64,000 bases of DNA from Tubiluchus corallicola. Lineage: Eukaryota > Animalia > Priapulida. The notes beneath the pieces were generated by a model. The model did not search any database. It was not told the origin of the DNA and saw only the letters and a list, made by a program, of their open reading frames with translations. Position numbers and translations under genes: made by a program. Location of the stretch: NCBI GenBank assembly GCA_030141605.1, contig JAQGDQ010000002.1, positions 1 to 64,000 of the forward strand. Direction: 5' to 3'. Below, in pieces: positions 13,801 to 23,047 of this stretch. Position 1 is the first letter of the stretch; each line of letters opens with the position of its first letter.

Positions 13801-16800
13801 CTATAGATGGTCAACCACACCCGGGTAAGACTGTCGTGGAAGAAATATGGCCATTGCTTTCGCAAACTTGTGATAAGTTTCAAACTGACGTGCGCATTGT
13901 AGAAAGATGTTGCCGATGTATCAGGTACCTCTAAAGTTTCTGTACTAAGTACAGGAAACTTGCCTATTTATCAGTTTTTAACAATCCGACAAACACTATA
14001 GACAGAATGTTCAAGCCAGCAACCTATCTTCTAGACTTGAGTGGCCAACTAAAGATTTTCTTTGGTCATTTACAAGTAACATAAGAGTTCACAACAACAG
14101 ATTTTCAATAGAAGCTCTAAAACTTCTGTGCTAAGTTTGACTATCAGAGAAACACGAGCGACAGAATGTTCCAGCCAGCAACCTATATTCTAGACTTCAC
14201 TGGCCTACTAAAAATTTTTTTTGTTCATTTACAAATAACACATAACAGTACACAAACAACAGGTTTCCAATAGAAGCAAAATAAGTTTACTACATTATTG
14301 ACACTGATGTAACCATAAGTGCTTGAAAAATTAATAAATGCAGTAATGAAGGTTGTAGCAGCTTTTTGATCAGCCGTTTTTATCAAATTGATGCCAATTA
14401 AAGTTTCTAGCATGTAAAATGAATATGTATTATGAACAGACGTATTATAAAAAACTGCCATAACATTTTCTATAGAAGTTTTTGTTCATTTGCAGGTTTG
14501 CTATAAGGTGCATCGGTAAAAGCGCAGCTTCACTACTTGTTCCTCTAGTCACACAGGTATGAACAAGTTATTAATGTAATCATACTGGGTTACCAGTGAA
14601 ATTCCTTAATAGGAGGAGAAATTAAATACATTGATACCATTTGTCCTGCAAGTCTAATGATCTATATACAGTTTTTTCTGCTCAAGTGTGATTTATTATA
14701 AAAACATTCCAAGAAACTCTCTGCAAGGTCATAATTATTAAAGTTCAGCCAAGAAAATGTATTGTTTTATGTATAATTATAACTGCAGATTCCCTGAAAT
14801 TATCATTTGCTAACTACTTGTAAAAAGGAGCTGAGCTTGCCTACGTCTACTCTGTTGTAGGACCATGTTGCAACAAATATTAAATTTCTCACTTAACTTG
14901 TTACTGGACACTTTTAATACCCTTTTTTAATTCATGACTAATTTATTTATGCTGATTTTTTTAATTATTTTTCATTACGGGTAGTTATCGACTTATGGCC
15001 TATGAATCTTATGACTGTTCAAATTTACGCGCTGACCATAACTTCATTAAATAATTGTACAAAAGTAATAATAAATCGTATTTCTCTTTCTAAGCAAATT
15101 AGTTTTAAATTGCCATCTGCTGCTATAAATTCATCTGTGGGCGCCACCATACTTATTAGACAACGTCTTATGGGTAGGGACGCACCACTTGAACATACGG
15201 TTCTGACTTGCGTCCAAGTCATCTTTAATCCAACTACCCGGAATCGATTGTGGTCATAATTTGGCTGCTACCTGTATCATTTTTGGAGTGAAGTAAGATT
15301 ATACTACTGTGTTGAAAGTAAACATTTTTGTTGCAGTAAAATGCTTGGAGAAACATTTTTTTGCAAATTTATTCAATTTGCACTTTTTTAAGCCGTTTTC
15401 AAACTGGAGAGTTTTCTGTAGCGAGCTATCTGTCTAATAGTAAACTTGCCAATGCAAACTGCTATAACGATTTACTGTCGGCAAAAAATTGCACTTTTTG
15501 CAATAGTTGCTGTGAGTTGATATACTGTCTAGTGTGAATGTCTGTGTGAGTTTACTGTCAGCAGCTCTCGACACTTTTCATAGTGAATCTTAAGAAAATT
15601 CGTGACAGTTCCTAGCTGCTGTAACCGATATGAACTTGCCATGCTAGTTTCTGTCTAGACGGAAAGCTACTCCAAAATCTGTCAAGATTTGATCTCGAAA
15701 CAGTTTTGTTGTATAGAGTGAATCTCTTTGCATGTTTCTTAGTGAGTTTCTTGCAGGGTTCTGTCAAGAAAAACTCCAGTCTGAATGTGTAATTCATTCT
15801 ATATAGCAAACTGTATATTTTTCAGATGGTGCATCTTTACGAAGCACATCAGCATTCGTGCTTTCTGTATTTAGGCAGTATATTGGTTGATGAATTTGGT
15901 ATGGAGGAGGGTTGTGTACAAGGTTTACTAGACATGTTACAGGTATATGTTGAAGCTTGATTAAATTGTTGCATTATTATTAATTATTATTGTTATTATA
16001 GCTGACCTGCAGGCCGTACACTTAACTTTTTAATATTATCAGTAATTGATGGCGATAATTAGTACTACAGTTTCTTTTTCTACAAAATGGTAAAGAAATA
16101 TAGGTGTTGTAGAATGTGATGAGATTGTTCACTTGCCTTCCAAATGCTTTATATTTACAAAATTATTTTACAAATTTGCAAGTGTGCCACTAATTGGGTA
16201 TATTTTTTCTACGTAAAGCACTTTTTAGTATTAAAATATAGTTAAGTTTGTACCTCGGTCTGTACCTGCAAGTTTTGTGTTTTATTGTACTACTGCCATG
16301 CTGTAATAGTCACATAGTAATAGCTGTGAAATGTATTAAAAATTGTCTTCTAATTCTTTCACTTACAGATTTTCATTAGAGTGTATTATCTTTGTAGGCT
16401 TTTATGCCCCCAACATTCAAACTTTTAGAAGCCGCAGAGGGTTTTCGCAACCATCCCGATACTGTGGATGACCTGTTTCGACTCTGCACAAGGTAGTATT
16501 AATTTTAGTAGTGTAAAATGTTTTTATTGAATCTTGTTTTGTATTTTGTAGTACGAAAATAATGATTTGATTTTTGTATAAGTGCAAAGCCTGTGTTACA
16601 ACAGTCCGACTAGTAAGGATGATGTTATTTTTTATGTCGTTGTAATATTTTTTGTACTTAAGAAAAGAATGACTGTCCAGAAAAAACAAGAAATAAACAT
16701 AGCTTATTATGCAAATTATTGAGAATTTCTAAATACTGTAGATGTATAATGATGGCCATATTTTGCCTGATTGGTAAGAACCTATATAGTCTGTTGTTTT

Positions 16801-19075
16801 TTTATTCTTTGTTGTCATATTGCTTTTTTCATACTTGACTGTCTGTGATAGATTTGTCCAAAAAGCACCACTGGCTTTGATCAACGCTCCATTTTTCAAG
16901 CCATTGATGCACTGTGCACTTGCAGCATGCAGCCTTGATCACAGGGACGCCAATGCTTCCGTTATGAAGTTTTTACAAGATTTGCTCAATATAGGCTCTG
17001 TGGATGAGGTATGTAGTGGTCTGCTCTATTAAGACTGGAATGCCTTAATTTAACGGGTGTCATAGTTGGAACTAACCTAGATTTGTGAAACAATTTAGCT
17101 AAAAAAAGAAATGTAAAAATACAACAGTTTTTCTTGGTTTGAACTAGGATTTTTGGAATAAAAAGCACGTGTCTTAGCTGTTTTGTATTTTAGTGTCTTG
17201 TGTCCTAATAAGTCCTGGTCTTAGCCAGCCAGTCTAGTAGCTGCTGTATATTCATAGCCACAGTGGCTGGTTAGTTAACTTACAGACATGTGTGCATTTT
17301 AGCCAGCTGCAACATAATATGATTATTGTGACGTGTATGTAAAGATTTTTCTTAATTTTGCTCAAAGTAAGCCATTCTTTGAAGGAAAAATGAATTAAGA
17401 ATTTAATAATAGTGCTTATTGCATGACCTGCTTCGAGTAATCATTCGACAGTAGCTTTTGATTCTTTCAATGTTAACCTATTGTGTTTGTCCAATGTAAG
17501 TGTTGTTAGTTTGATGGCTTGAAATATCTGTATATTGTATCTGTAAACATTAACTGATGATGCTTTCTTTTTTGTGAATAGATATTTTGGACAATTTTTT
17601 ACAGCAACTTTGTCTGATCCACACAACAGTGTCAAACTAATAGAAATCTTAGAGAACTGACATCTTAGAGAACTTTTGTTAATGAATGAATATTGCTGTT
17701 GAGTACACAACAAATAACGAATGGGGGGGGGGGTAATTCCTTGGTGCTTATTTGCCGAAAAGGGTTTTGCGTATCCGTGTGCATATAATGTTTTGTTGTC
17801 ATCCTGTGCCTAGCTTCCTGTTTTGCTTGGTTTGCAGAAACCTGACCGAAACACCTGCATTGGCATCAAGAGGGGGAAACAAAAACAAAAACGTGTTAAG
17901 GAATCTGCAGCTATTGTAAGTTTCTGTGTGATTCTGAATTTGTATTAACTCCTTTTGTCAGAATCTCATCCGAGTATCTCAGTCTTGCAATTGCTCGAGT
18001 TTTCGCCTTCTAACCACACAGAACAAGAAATTGTACTGCACCTCTTGTTCGTCCTGTGTTTGTTTTTGTTATTGTTTCCCTTACTCTTACTAATTTTTGA
18101 TTGTTTGACTTCCGTTTCTAACTTTATGTTACACATATTTTGCTTTTTGTTTGTGCCCTTATTAAGTTTCGTTTTTCATAGGAAAAGCATCCCGATCATC
18201 AGTTGCGATGTCAATCAGCCAAAGCCATCATGCACGAATACGGACCACAATTAATACAGAATCTCCTTACAGCTGTCCTCTTTAACCTTCCAACATTCAT
18301 GATGCCAGACATTGCTGATGTGTTTTATGCCATCATGCTTATAGACCGTCCTGTAAGTACACATTGTGACAGAAAATGTTCAGACAAACGAAACAGATAA
18401 AAAAGCTTCATGTGGGGCTCTTAAATTTTTAAAAATTTTGAAACTAGCCGACAGTAGCTGTAGTTTGTACTCTATAGCAACTGTAGAACATTTATTTATT
18501 GTATTAATTCTGCTGGTGTATATAATTTCTACAAATGGTATAGGACATTTGCACAACAGCAAGGTTAAGAAATATGAAGAGGAGCTATATTTTCTTTTGA
18601 GCTGATACTAGGATAAATATGTTGAATGCTATGCTTAATCATATAAAGATATGATACCTGTCTTCATAAATTTCATTTCATTTATTTGCAGTCAGTTTGC
18701 CTCTTCCTGGAGTCAGCTCTAAAAACACTACCAGCTGAAGATGCTGCAGGTGTTGCTAGAGCAACACATAAACAAATGGTTGACTTTCATAAAGCTGTGA
18801 CAAGGTATTTATGAAGCACATTTATTTAATCTATTAATTCCGTAATTGCAGTGATGAACAATATTTTTTCGTAAGTATGATCACTATGAATTTTATTGCG
18901 TTAGTTACTAGAGATACCACGTGTGTGTTAACGTAAAGTTGTGTGTGTGATAATGAAACAGTAACTAGAAATTTTAAAATATATAGTTCATAAGCTTTTG
19001 ATTATTCTTTACAGTGCTGAGGAGGCTAACCAAGTTTCCGTTGCACTGCGGGATTTTTCACGCCTTTTCCGGTGA
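1761..19075 (+). CDS. TNPO3: Transportin-3 (importin-beta family SR-protein import receptor), 5'-partial, 21 exons in window
   Basis: join(1761-1874,4089-4162,4911-5067,6097-6246,6411-6485,6719-6892,8271-8495,9043-9150,9718-9815,10117-10256,11707-11898,12174-12265,12412-12494,13781-13924,14496-14556,15826-15942,16398-16492,16852-17008,18182-18352,18692-18804,19015-19075) = 2601 nt, all introns GT-AG and phase-consistent. Peptides such as [53 protein letters not shown] and the C-terminus [10 protein letters not shown] match the TNPO3 family. About 65-70 N-terminal residues lie upstream of the window. Confidence 0.95.
4089..4162 (+). CDS. TNPO3: Transportin-3 exon ([12 protein letters not shown]...)
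   Basis: tttcag acceptor, gtataa donor, phase 2. Confidence 0.9.
4911..5067 (+). CDS. TNPO3: Transportin-3 exon (...[17 protein letters not shown]...)
   Basis: tttcag acceptor, gtgcgt donor. Confidence 0.92.
6097..6246 (+). CDS. TNPO3: Transportin-3 exon (...[10 protein letters not shown]...)
   Basis: ttgcag acceptor, gtatgt donor. Confidence 0.88.
6411..6485 (+). CDS. TNPO3: Transportin-3 exon (...[16 protein letters not shown])
   Basis: ttgtag acceptor, gtacat donor. Confidence 0.88.
6719..6892 (+). CDS. TNPO3: Transportin-3 exon (...[14 protein letters not shown]...)
   Basis: ttgcag acceptor, gtaaga donor. Confidence 0.92.
7024..7929. mobile_element. Possible old Tc1/mariner (Tigger-like) MITE
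   Basis: Starts ta|cagtag... and ends ...tattactg, with degenerate inverted ends (cagtagtcattgcttaacaagacc vs cagtaatacacgattaatagaacc). Confidence 0.3.
7286..7442. repeat. 36-bp-arm inverted repeat (hairpin) in a TNPO3 intron
   Basis: 7286-7321 vs the reverse complement of 7407-7442: 31/36 identical. Confidence 0.85.
8271..8495 (+). CDS. TNPO3: Transportin-3 exon (...[16 protein letters not shown]...HCQMEPDE)
   Basis: ttgcag acceptor, gtaagt donor. Confidence 0.92.
9043..9150 (+). CDS. TNPO3: Transportin-3 exon (...[14 protein letters not shown]...)
   Basis: gtgcag acceptor, gtacgt donor. Confidence 0.9.
9718..9815 (+). CDS. TNPO3: Transportin-3 exon (...[18 protein letters not shown])
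   Basis: ttttag acceptor, gtgagt donor. Confidence 0.9.
10117..10256 (+). CDS. TNPO3: Transportin-3 exon (...[19 protein letters not shown]...)
   Basis: tggcag acceptor, gtaggg donor. Confidence 0.9.
11707..11898 (+). CDS. TNPO3: Transportin-3 exon (KVLNFLL...AAIDLLK)
   Basis: ttctag acceptor, gtataa donor. Confidence 0.9.
12174..12265 (+). CDS. TNPO3: Transportin-3 exon ([10 protein letters not shown]...)
   Basis: ttttag acceptor; weak gttttt donor, but it is the one that keeps phase. Confidence 0.82.
12412..12494 (+). CDS. TNPO3: Transportin-3 exon (...[14 protein letters not shown])
   Basis: ttgtag acceptor, gtaggt donor. Confidence 0.9.
12667..13134. mobile_element. Non-autonomous hAT-type MITE (468 bp)
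   Basis: TIRs cagtggcagcttgt / acgagccgccactg; 8-bp TSD tttgacat / tttgtcat (7/8). Confidence 0.8.
13781..13924 (+). CDS. TNPO3: Transportin-3 exon (...EIWPLLS...[10 protein letters not shown])
   Basis: ttgaag acceptor, gtacct donor. Confidence 0.9.
14001..14277. repeat. Direct tandem duplication, ~116-bp unit, ~159-bp period
   Basis: gacagaatgttcaagccagcaacctatcttctagactt...aatagaagc at 14001, repeated at 14160. Confidence 0.85.
14496..14556 (+). CDS. TNPO3: Transportin-3 exon (FAIRCIGK...PLVTQ)
   Basis: ttgcag acceptor, gtatga donor. Confidence 0.9.
15826..15942 (+). CDS. TNPO3: Transportin-3 exon (...[18 protein letters not shown]...)
   Basis: tttcag acceptor, gtatat donor. Confidence 0.93.
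16398..16492 (+). CDS. TNPO3: Transportin-3 exon (...[14 protein letters not shown])
   Basis: ttgtag acceptor, gtagta donor. Confidence 0.92.
16852..17008 (+). CDS. TNPO3: Transportin-3 exon (...[14 protein letters not shown]...)
   Basis: tgatag acceptor, gtatgt donor. Confidence 0.9.
17838..17915 (+). CDS. TNPO3: Candidate alternative (cassette) exon of transportin-3, 26 aa, basic: [26 protein letters not shown]
   Basis: Polypyrimidine-rich acceptor ...cttcctgttttgcttggtttgcag, perfect gtaagt donor, 78 nt, phase 0/0 like the host intron, no stop codon. Confidence 0.55.
18182..18352 (+). CDS. TNPO3: Transportin-3 exon (EKHPDH...[13 protein letters not shown]...)
   Basis: tcatag acceptor, gtaagt donor. 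Confidence 0.9.
18692..18804 (+). CDS. TNPO3: Transportin-3 exon (...[13 protein letters not shown])
   Basis: ttgcag acceptor, gtattt donor. Confidence 0.9.
19015..19075 (+). CDS. TNPO3: Transportin-3 last coding exon ([19 protein letters not shown])
   Basis: ttacag acceptor; TGA at 19073-19075; conserved C-terminus. Confidence 0.93.
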
Positions 19076-20464
19076 AACAATCACGATACTTTTCACGATT
19101 TTACTGGTATTTCAGCGTATCAACAGAACAAGATTCTCTTGCTAATTTATTTATTTGCAAGCATCATGAAGTTATAATTATATGTTTTTGCTGTAAAGGC
19201 AGTTGCGTAAGGATTTGCTTTCGAAACCTGCAAAAGTTTTCGATACATTATGTGGTAACATAACTAATAAAACAAATTTAAAAAACATGCTTGAAGGTAC
19301 TGTGTTTTTGTAACTTGAGGTATAAATGATCACCTAGGAAAACCTTTATCGATATTCATTTATTTAAATTTAAAAAAGTTGACAGGATCAACGAAACATG
19401 TGGTGGTAAAAGTTAATGAATATTTTCAGACAACATCCCATGGTACATTGATGTTTTGTCGATAGTTTGGAGTAATTGTTGTCTGTTTGTCATCCTTGAC
19501 ATTTTAAAGACCATTCAGTACTATCACTTCAATTATGTGTTCCAGTGGTTCCAGTGGCAATATTTTGAGGAACAGATTGATTCATAGGCTGCTGATTTTT
19601 TTGCGTTTTTTGCATGTGTTGAACGAACATCAGCAATTCTAGTTGTAGGTTGTACAAAAACGTTAGTTATTTCTAACGTTTGCATTAATGTTAAAAATTT
19701 GACAAAAACTGGCTAAGAATAGGTAACAAATGATATACAGTAAGAATCAGAAGAGCCAAACATAGAGCTTAAATCCTTTGTGTGTTGTAGTAACTGTTTC
19801 TTATAACGTAAGCGTAATCTCTTATATATATAAATGATAGTCATAGTGGTAGAAATGGCGATATGTGTAGTTTAAAAATGTGCATCAGCAATAGACAACT
19901 CACTGTAAAGATAAAAATAAATTGAATGATCGATTCGATCGCTGTGACATACAAACTTTATTACTTAAATCCCAATGAACTGTTGAATATATTCTGTACA
20001 TTATTTTTCTTGTAAATAAAGCTCTTTTTACTGCTCATTTTGTTACTGACATGAATATGAAATTTCACAGCAAGTTACAGCATTTTATGTTGATAATTAA
20101 AACAGAGTCAATTTCACAAGAAATTTTCAGAAGTGAAACAAGGATACGTAATATTATGTTTCTGTTACTTTTTCACTGCTTTACATTGCTTTGTCAGAGT
20201 TATTTTTGTGTGCCAAAATGTCGTGGTTAGCCTTGCTGTTTTAACTGAGTGCTAATTTGTAATTATTTAGGGTAGATAGTCAGACAGAATTATACGTGGC
20301 ATAACTTTGCTGTTGCTTAGGACATTGCATGTTATACAAAATAGCCACGTTTGGGCAAAATTTGCCATGGAGTATATTGCTTCCACTCTATATGTTGCCA
20401 TCTATGAATGCTATTACTGAACTAACAGAAACTAAAAACAGAAGTTCTAATAATTACTATAGCT

Positions 20465-20530
20465 AACATAATAATATTAATAATAATAATAATAATAATA
20501 GCAATAATAATAAAAGTAGTATTAATAATC
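20465..20530. repeat. Imperfect (TAA)n microsatellite
   Basis: taataataat tract seen directly. Confidence 0.8.
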
Positions 20531-21144
20531 AGTTGTTTTTCAACAAACTATTACATTGTTAAAATGATTTTTTTATCTATGACTAAGCCAAATTAAAGCA
20601 GTATTCTTTAGTAGTAGTTCATTTCACAATATAAGGTAGCGTCCATTGATTCACACAAGGTTTATCATACACTTATGTTAGCTGTAAGAAAACAAAAGTC
20701 TTGGAAAAAGAGAAGGCAGCAAGCTAAAATTTTCTTTAAATGCTTTATCTGTATTCTGTATACGACTCGTGTGTTTGAACATACCACTCTGTGCACACTA
20801 TATAATTACCTTTTTCTATCACGAAGCCCTGTTTTCTTTCTCCCGCTAATTACTTTCTGCTTCTTGTATGCACTTTTATCAACTTTTGTCTCTATTATTT
20901 CAAAGTGTAATTCCATTTCGGGCTCACTTGATAACGCCCTCTTATACTAAAATGTTCAGTACTGTTTATAAAAACGATTTTAGGTTACCCTCTTTGATTG
21001 GTCATTAGTGTTTCTAAAGGTGATTTTCAGATCATTCTTTCATTTGTTTTACTTTTAAAGATTTCTTCTAAAAGTGATTTTCAGATCATTCCTGTTCCTA
21101 TATCAGCTTTTTTAAAAAGTATTTTTTTCTTACACACGTTCATT

Positions 21145-21150
21145 AAAAAA
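21145..21150 (-). terminator. Pol III oligo-T terminator of tRNA-Tyr
   Basis: T6 on the minus strand, 2 nt downstream of the tRNA 3' end. Confidence 0.8.
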
Positions 21151-21152
21151 CA

Positions 21153-21241
21153 TCCTTCGAGCCGGATTTGAACCAGCGACCTAAGGATAACTGACAAGAA
21201 ACCGCTACAGTCCTCCGCTCTACCAACTGAGCTATCGAAGG
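21153..21241 (-). tRNA. trnY-GTA: tRNA-Tyr (GTA) with a 16-nt intron (21189-21204)
   Basis: Minus strand reads CCTTCGATAGCTCAGTTGGTAGAGCGGAGGACTGTAG[cggtttcttgtcagtt]ATCCTTAGGTCGCTGGTTCAAATCCGGCTCGAAGGA; canonical A and B boxes; intron after position 37; 73-nt mature length. Confidence 0.97.
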
Positions 21242-21669
21242 AATTCTGGTCGTGAGAGTTTAACATTCTTCATGAAAGTGTACTGTAGATTTTTTCGGTG
21301 AATACAGAAGAAGCAAGTAATTTTATATAAAATAAAGTTATGGAATATTAGCCGAATATAAACTGTCAAAAACGTTTTTGAATTAACGTTATTTTTTTAA
21401 AAGAATGTAGCAAAAATTTTCAAACTGCTTATAAATTGCATAAAAGGTGGCAGCACAAACGAAATGTTTGCGACAGAGGGCAGCGCTGCTGTAATTGTGA
21501 AAATTAATTTTTGCAAAAAAATTTGTAGTTGATTTCTTACTTATATAAATTACTGTTTTGAAGTTTTTTGTTGCTTAATTTCCCCTACGTATTTTGTTTA
21601 GGTCAACTTTATAACATGCAGTATTTAGACGAAAATCAAAGTATGTAAAAAGTAAACTGTTTAGGCAAT

Positions 21670-23047
21670 ATGGCCGAACAACAAAGCCATGCACCTAATG
21701 TAATAACTGTTGAGAACTTGGGTGCATTGGTTGGCATTGATGAAGTACGCCCCGAAGCACCTGAAGAGCAAGGTCAGGATAGCGCGTTGGCTGCAGTTGA
21801 TGTGACACCTGACGTTTTACAACAAGCGTTTACTGAAGCAGCCAAAGCATCTGAAAGTTTTGAAGAGCAGCCAGAAACTGATAGCAACGCTATACCTTCA
21901 GAATTCATAACTGCAGATGGCCAAACAATGTCAATAATGACCGTTAATGGAGAACTAGCTGATGGTCAAACTGTGATGACGAGCGATGGTCTTATGCTTC
22001 ATATTGAAGGGTCTTCTCTAATGACGGAAGATGGTCAGATTGTAGCAACAGCAATTAACGGTTTCATAAACGGAGCACAGGAGATACAAGATGGTGAGGT
22101 AAACCAAAATGAAGAAATTGGTGGTGAAGAATCAACTGATAAGAATTTTGTTGAAGGTGTTGGAGTTGATGGTGAAACAGAGACAGAATTACCTGCAGAC
22201 AGTGCTGAAGATATTACCAATAAAAATGTTACTACTGAAAATTTATCATCAAATGACTTACCAACAGCAGAAAAAATGCTTGAAGATGATGATTCCACCA
22301 CAACTTATGCAACTTTAAGACCAAAACATATTGCTGAAATTGAAAAGGCGGAAGATCCCCAGGCTGCTGTAGGCTCTTCGAAAAATCCAATACAAATCAT
22401 TCAGCATGGGAATACATATACATCTACCCAAGTCTTAACTGCAGAGCAACTTCAGCAAATAGCTCAAGTTCTTCAACAGCAGCACTTGATTAAAGCGGCT
22501 TCTAAACAAGGTGGTAGAAGCGTTTTGTATAATTCCCAAACAAACACACGCATTGTTTACCGTGTTATTTATCCATCTGATTTACACAAGAAGCGAAATA
22601 ACTCAGACGAGGACATTACATCAGACAAAATTGTTACGCCAATGAAACGTGGCAGAGGTCGACCCAGAAAAATAAGGCCCGAGGATGAGCAGGACGTTCC
22701 AGGTTTAACAAGAGCTGAAAAGGAGCAAAAGAAGAAGCATTGCCCTATAACTAGATCTGGGAGGATTAGCCGGCCCCCAGCTCATATGCGTGAAAACTAC
22801 AAGCGCATTCATCCTGTTGACCTTGATGAAGATGCGTATGATGATTCTGATGGGGGTTATTCCGACTATAACATGAGTGATGAAGAACGAAAAAAGACAG
22901 AAGAAGAAGAATCCCGTTCAAGTCTTGGTGGAAGACCACGAAAGTGGAAATGCGAAACATGTTTCAAAAGTTATATTGGGAGAGGTAGTTTAGCTAGACA
23001 TTACAAGATGTTTCCTGATCATGGAACTTTGCCACCTGAAGAAAATG
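21670..23047 (+). CDS. ZNF839: ZNF839-like coding exon 1
   Basis: 497-aa ORF; G|gtattg donor after the zinc finger. Confidence 0.88.

Noticed and set aside
19073-19180. Stop-codon readthrough extension of TNPO3 (~33 open codons after TGA)
   Set aside because: TGA-A is not a leaky context, and the length is unremarkable.
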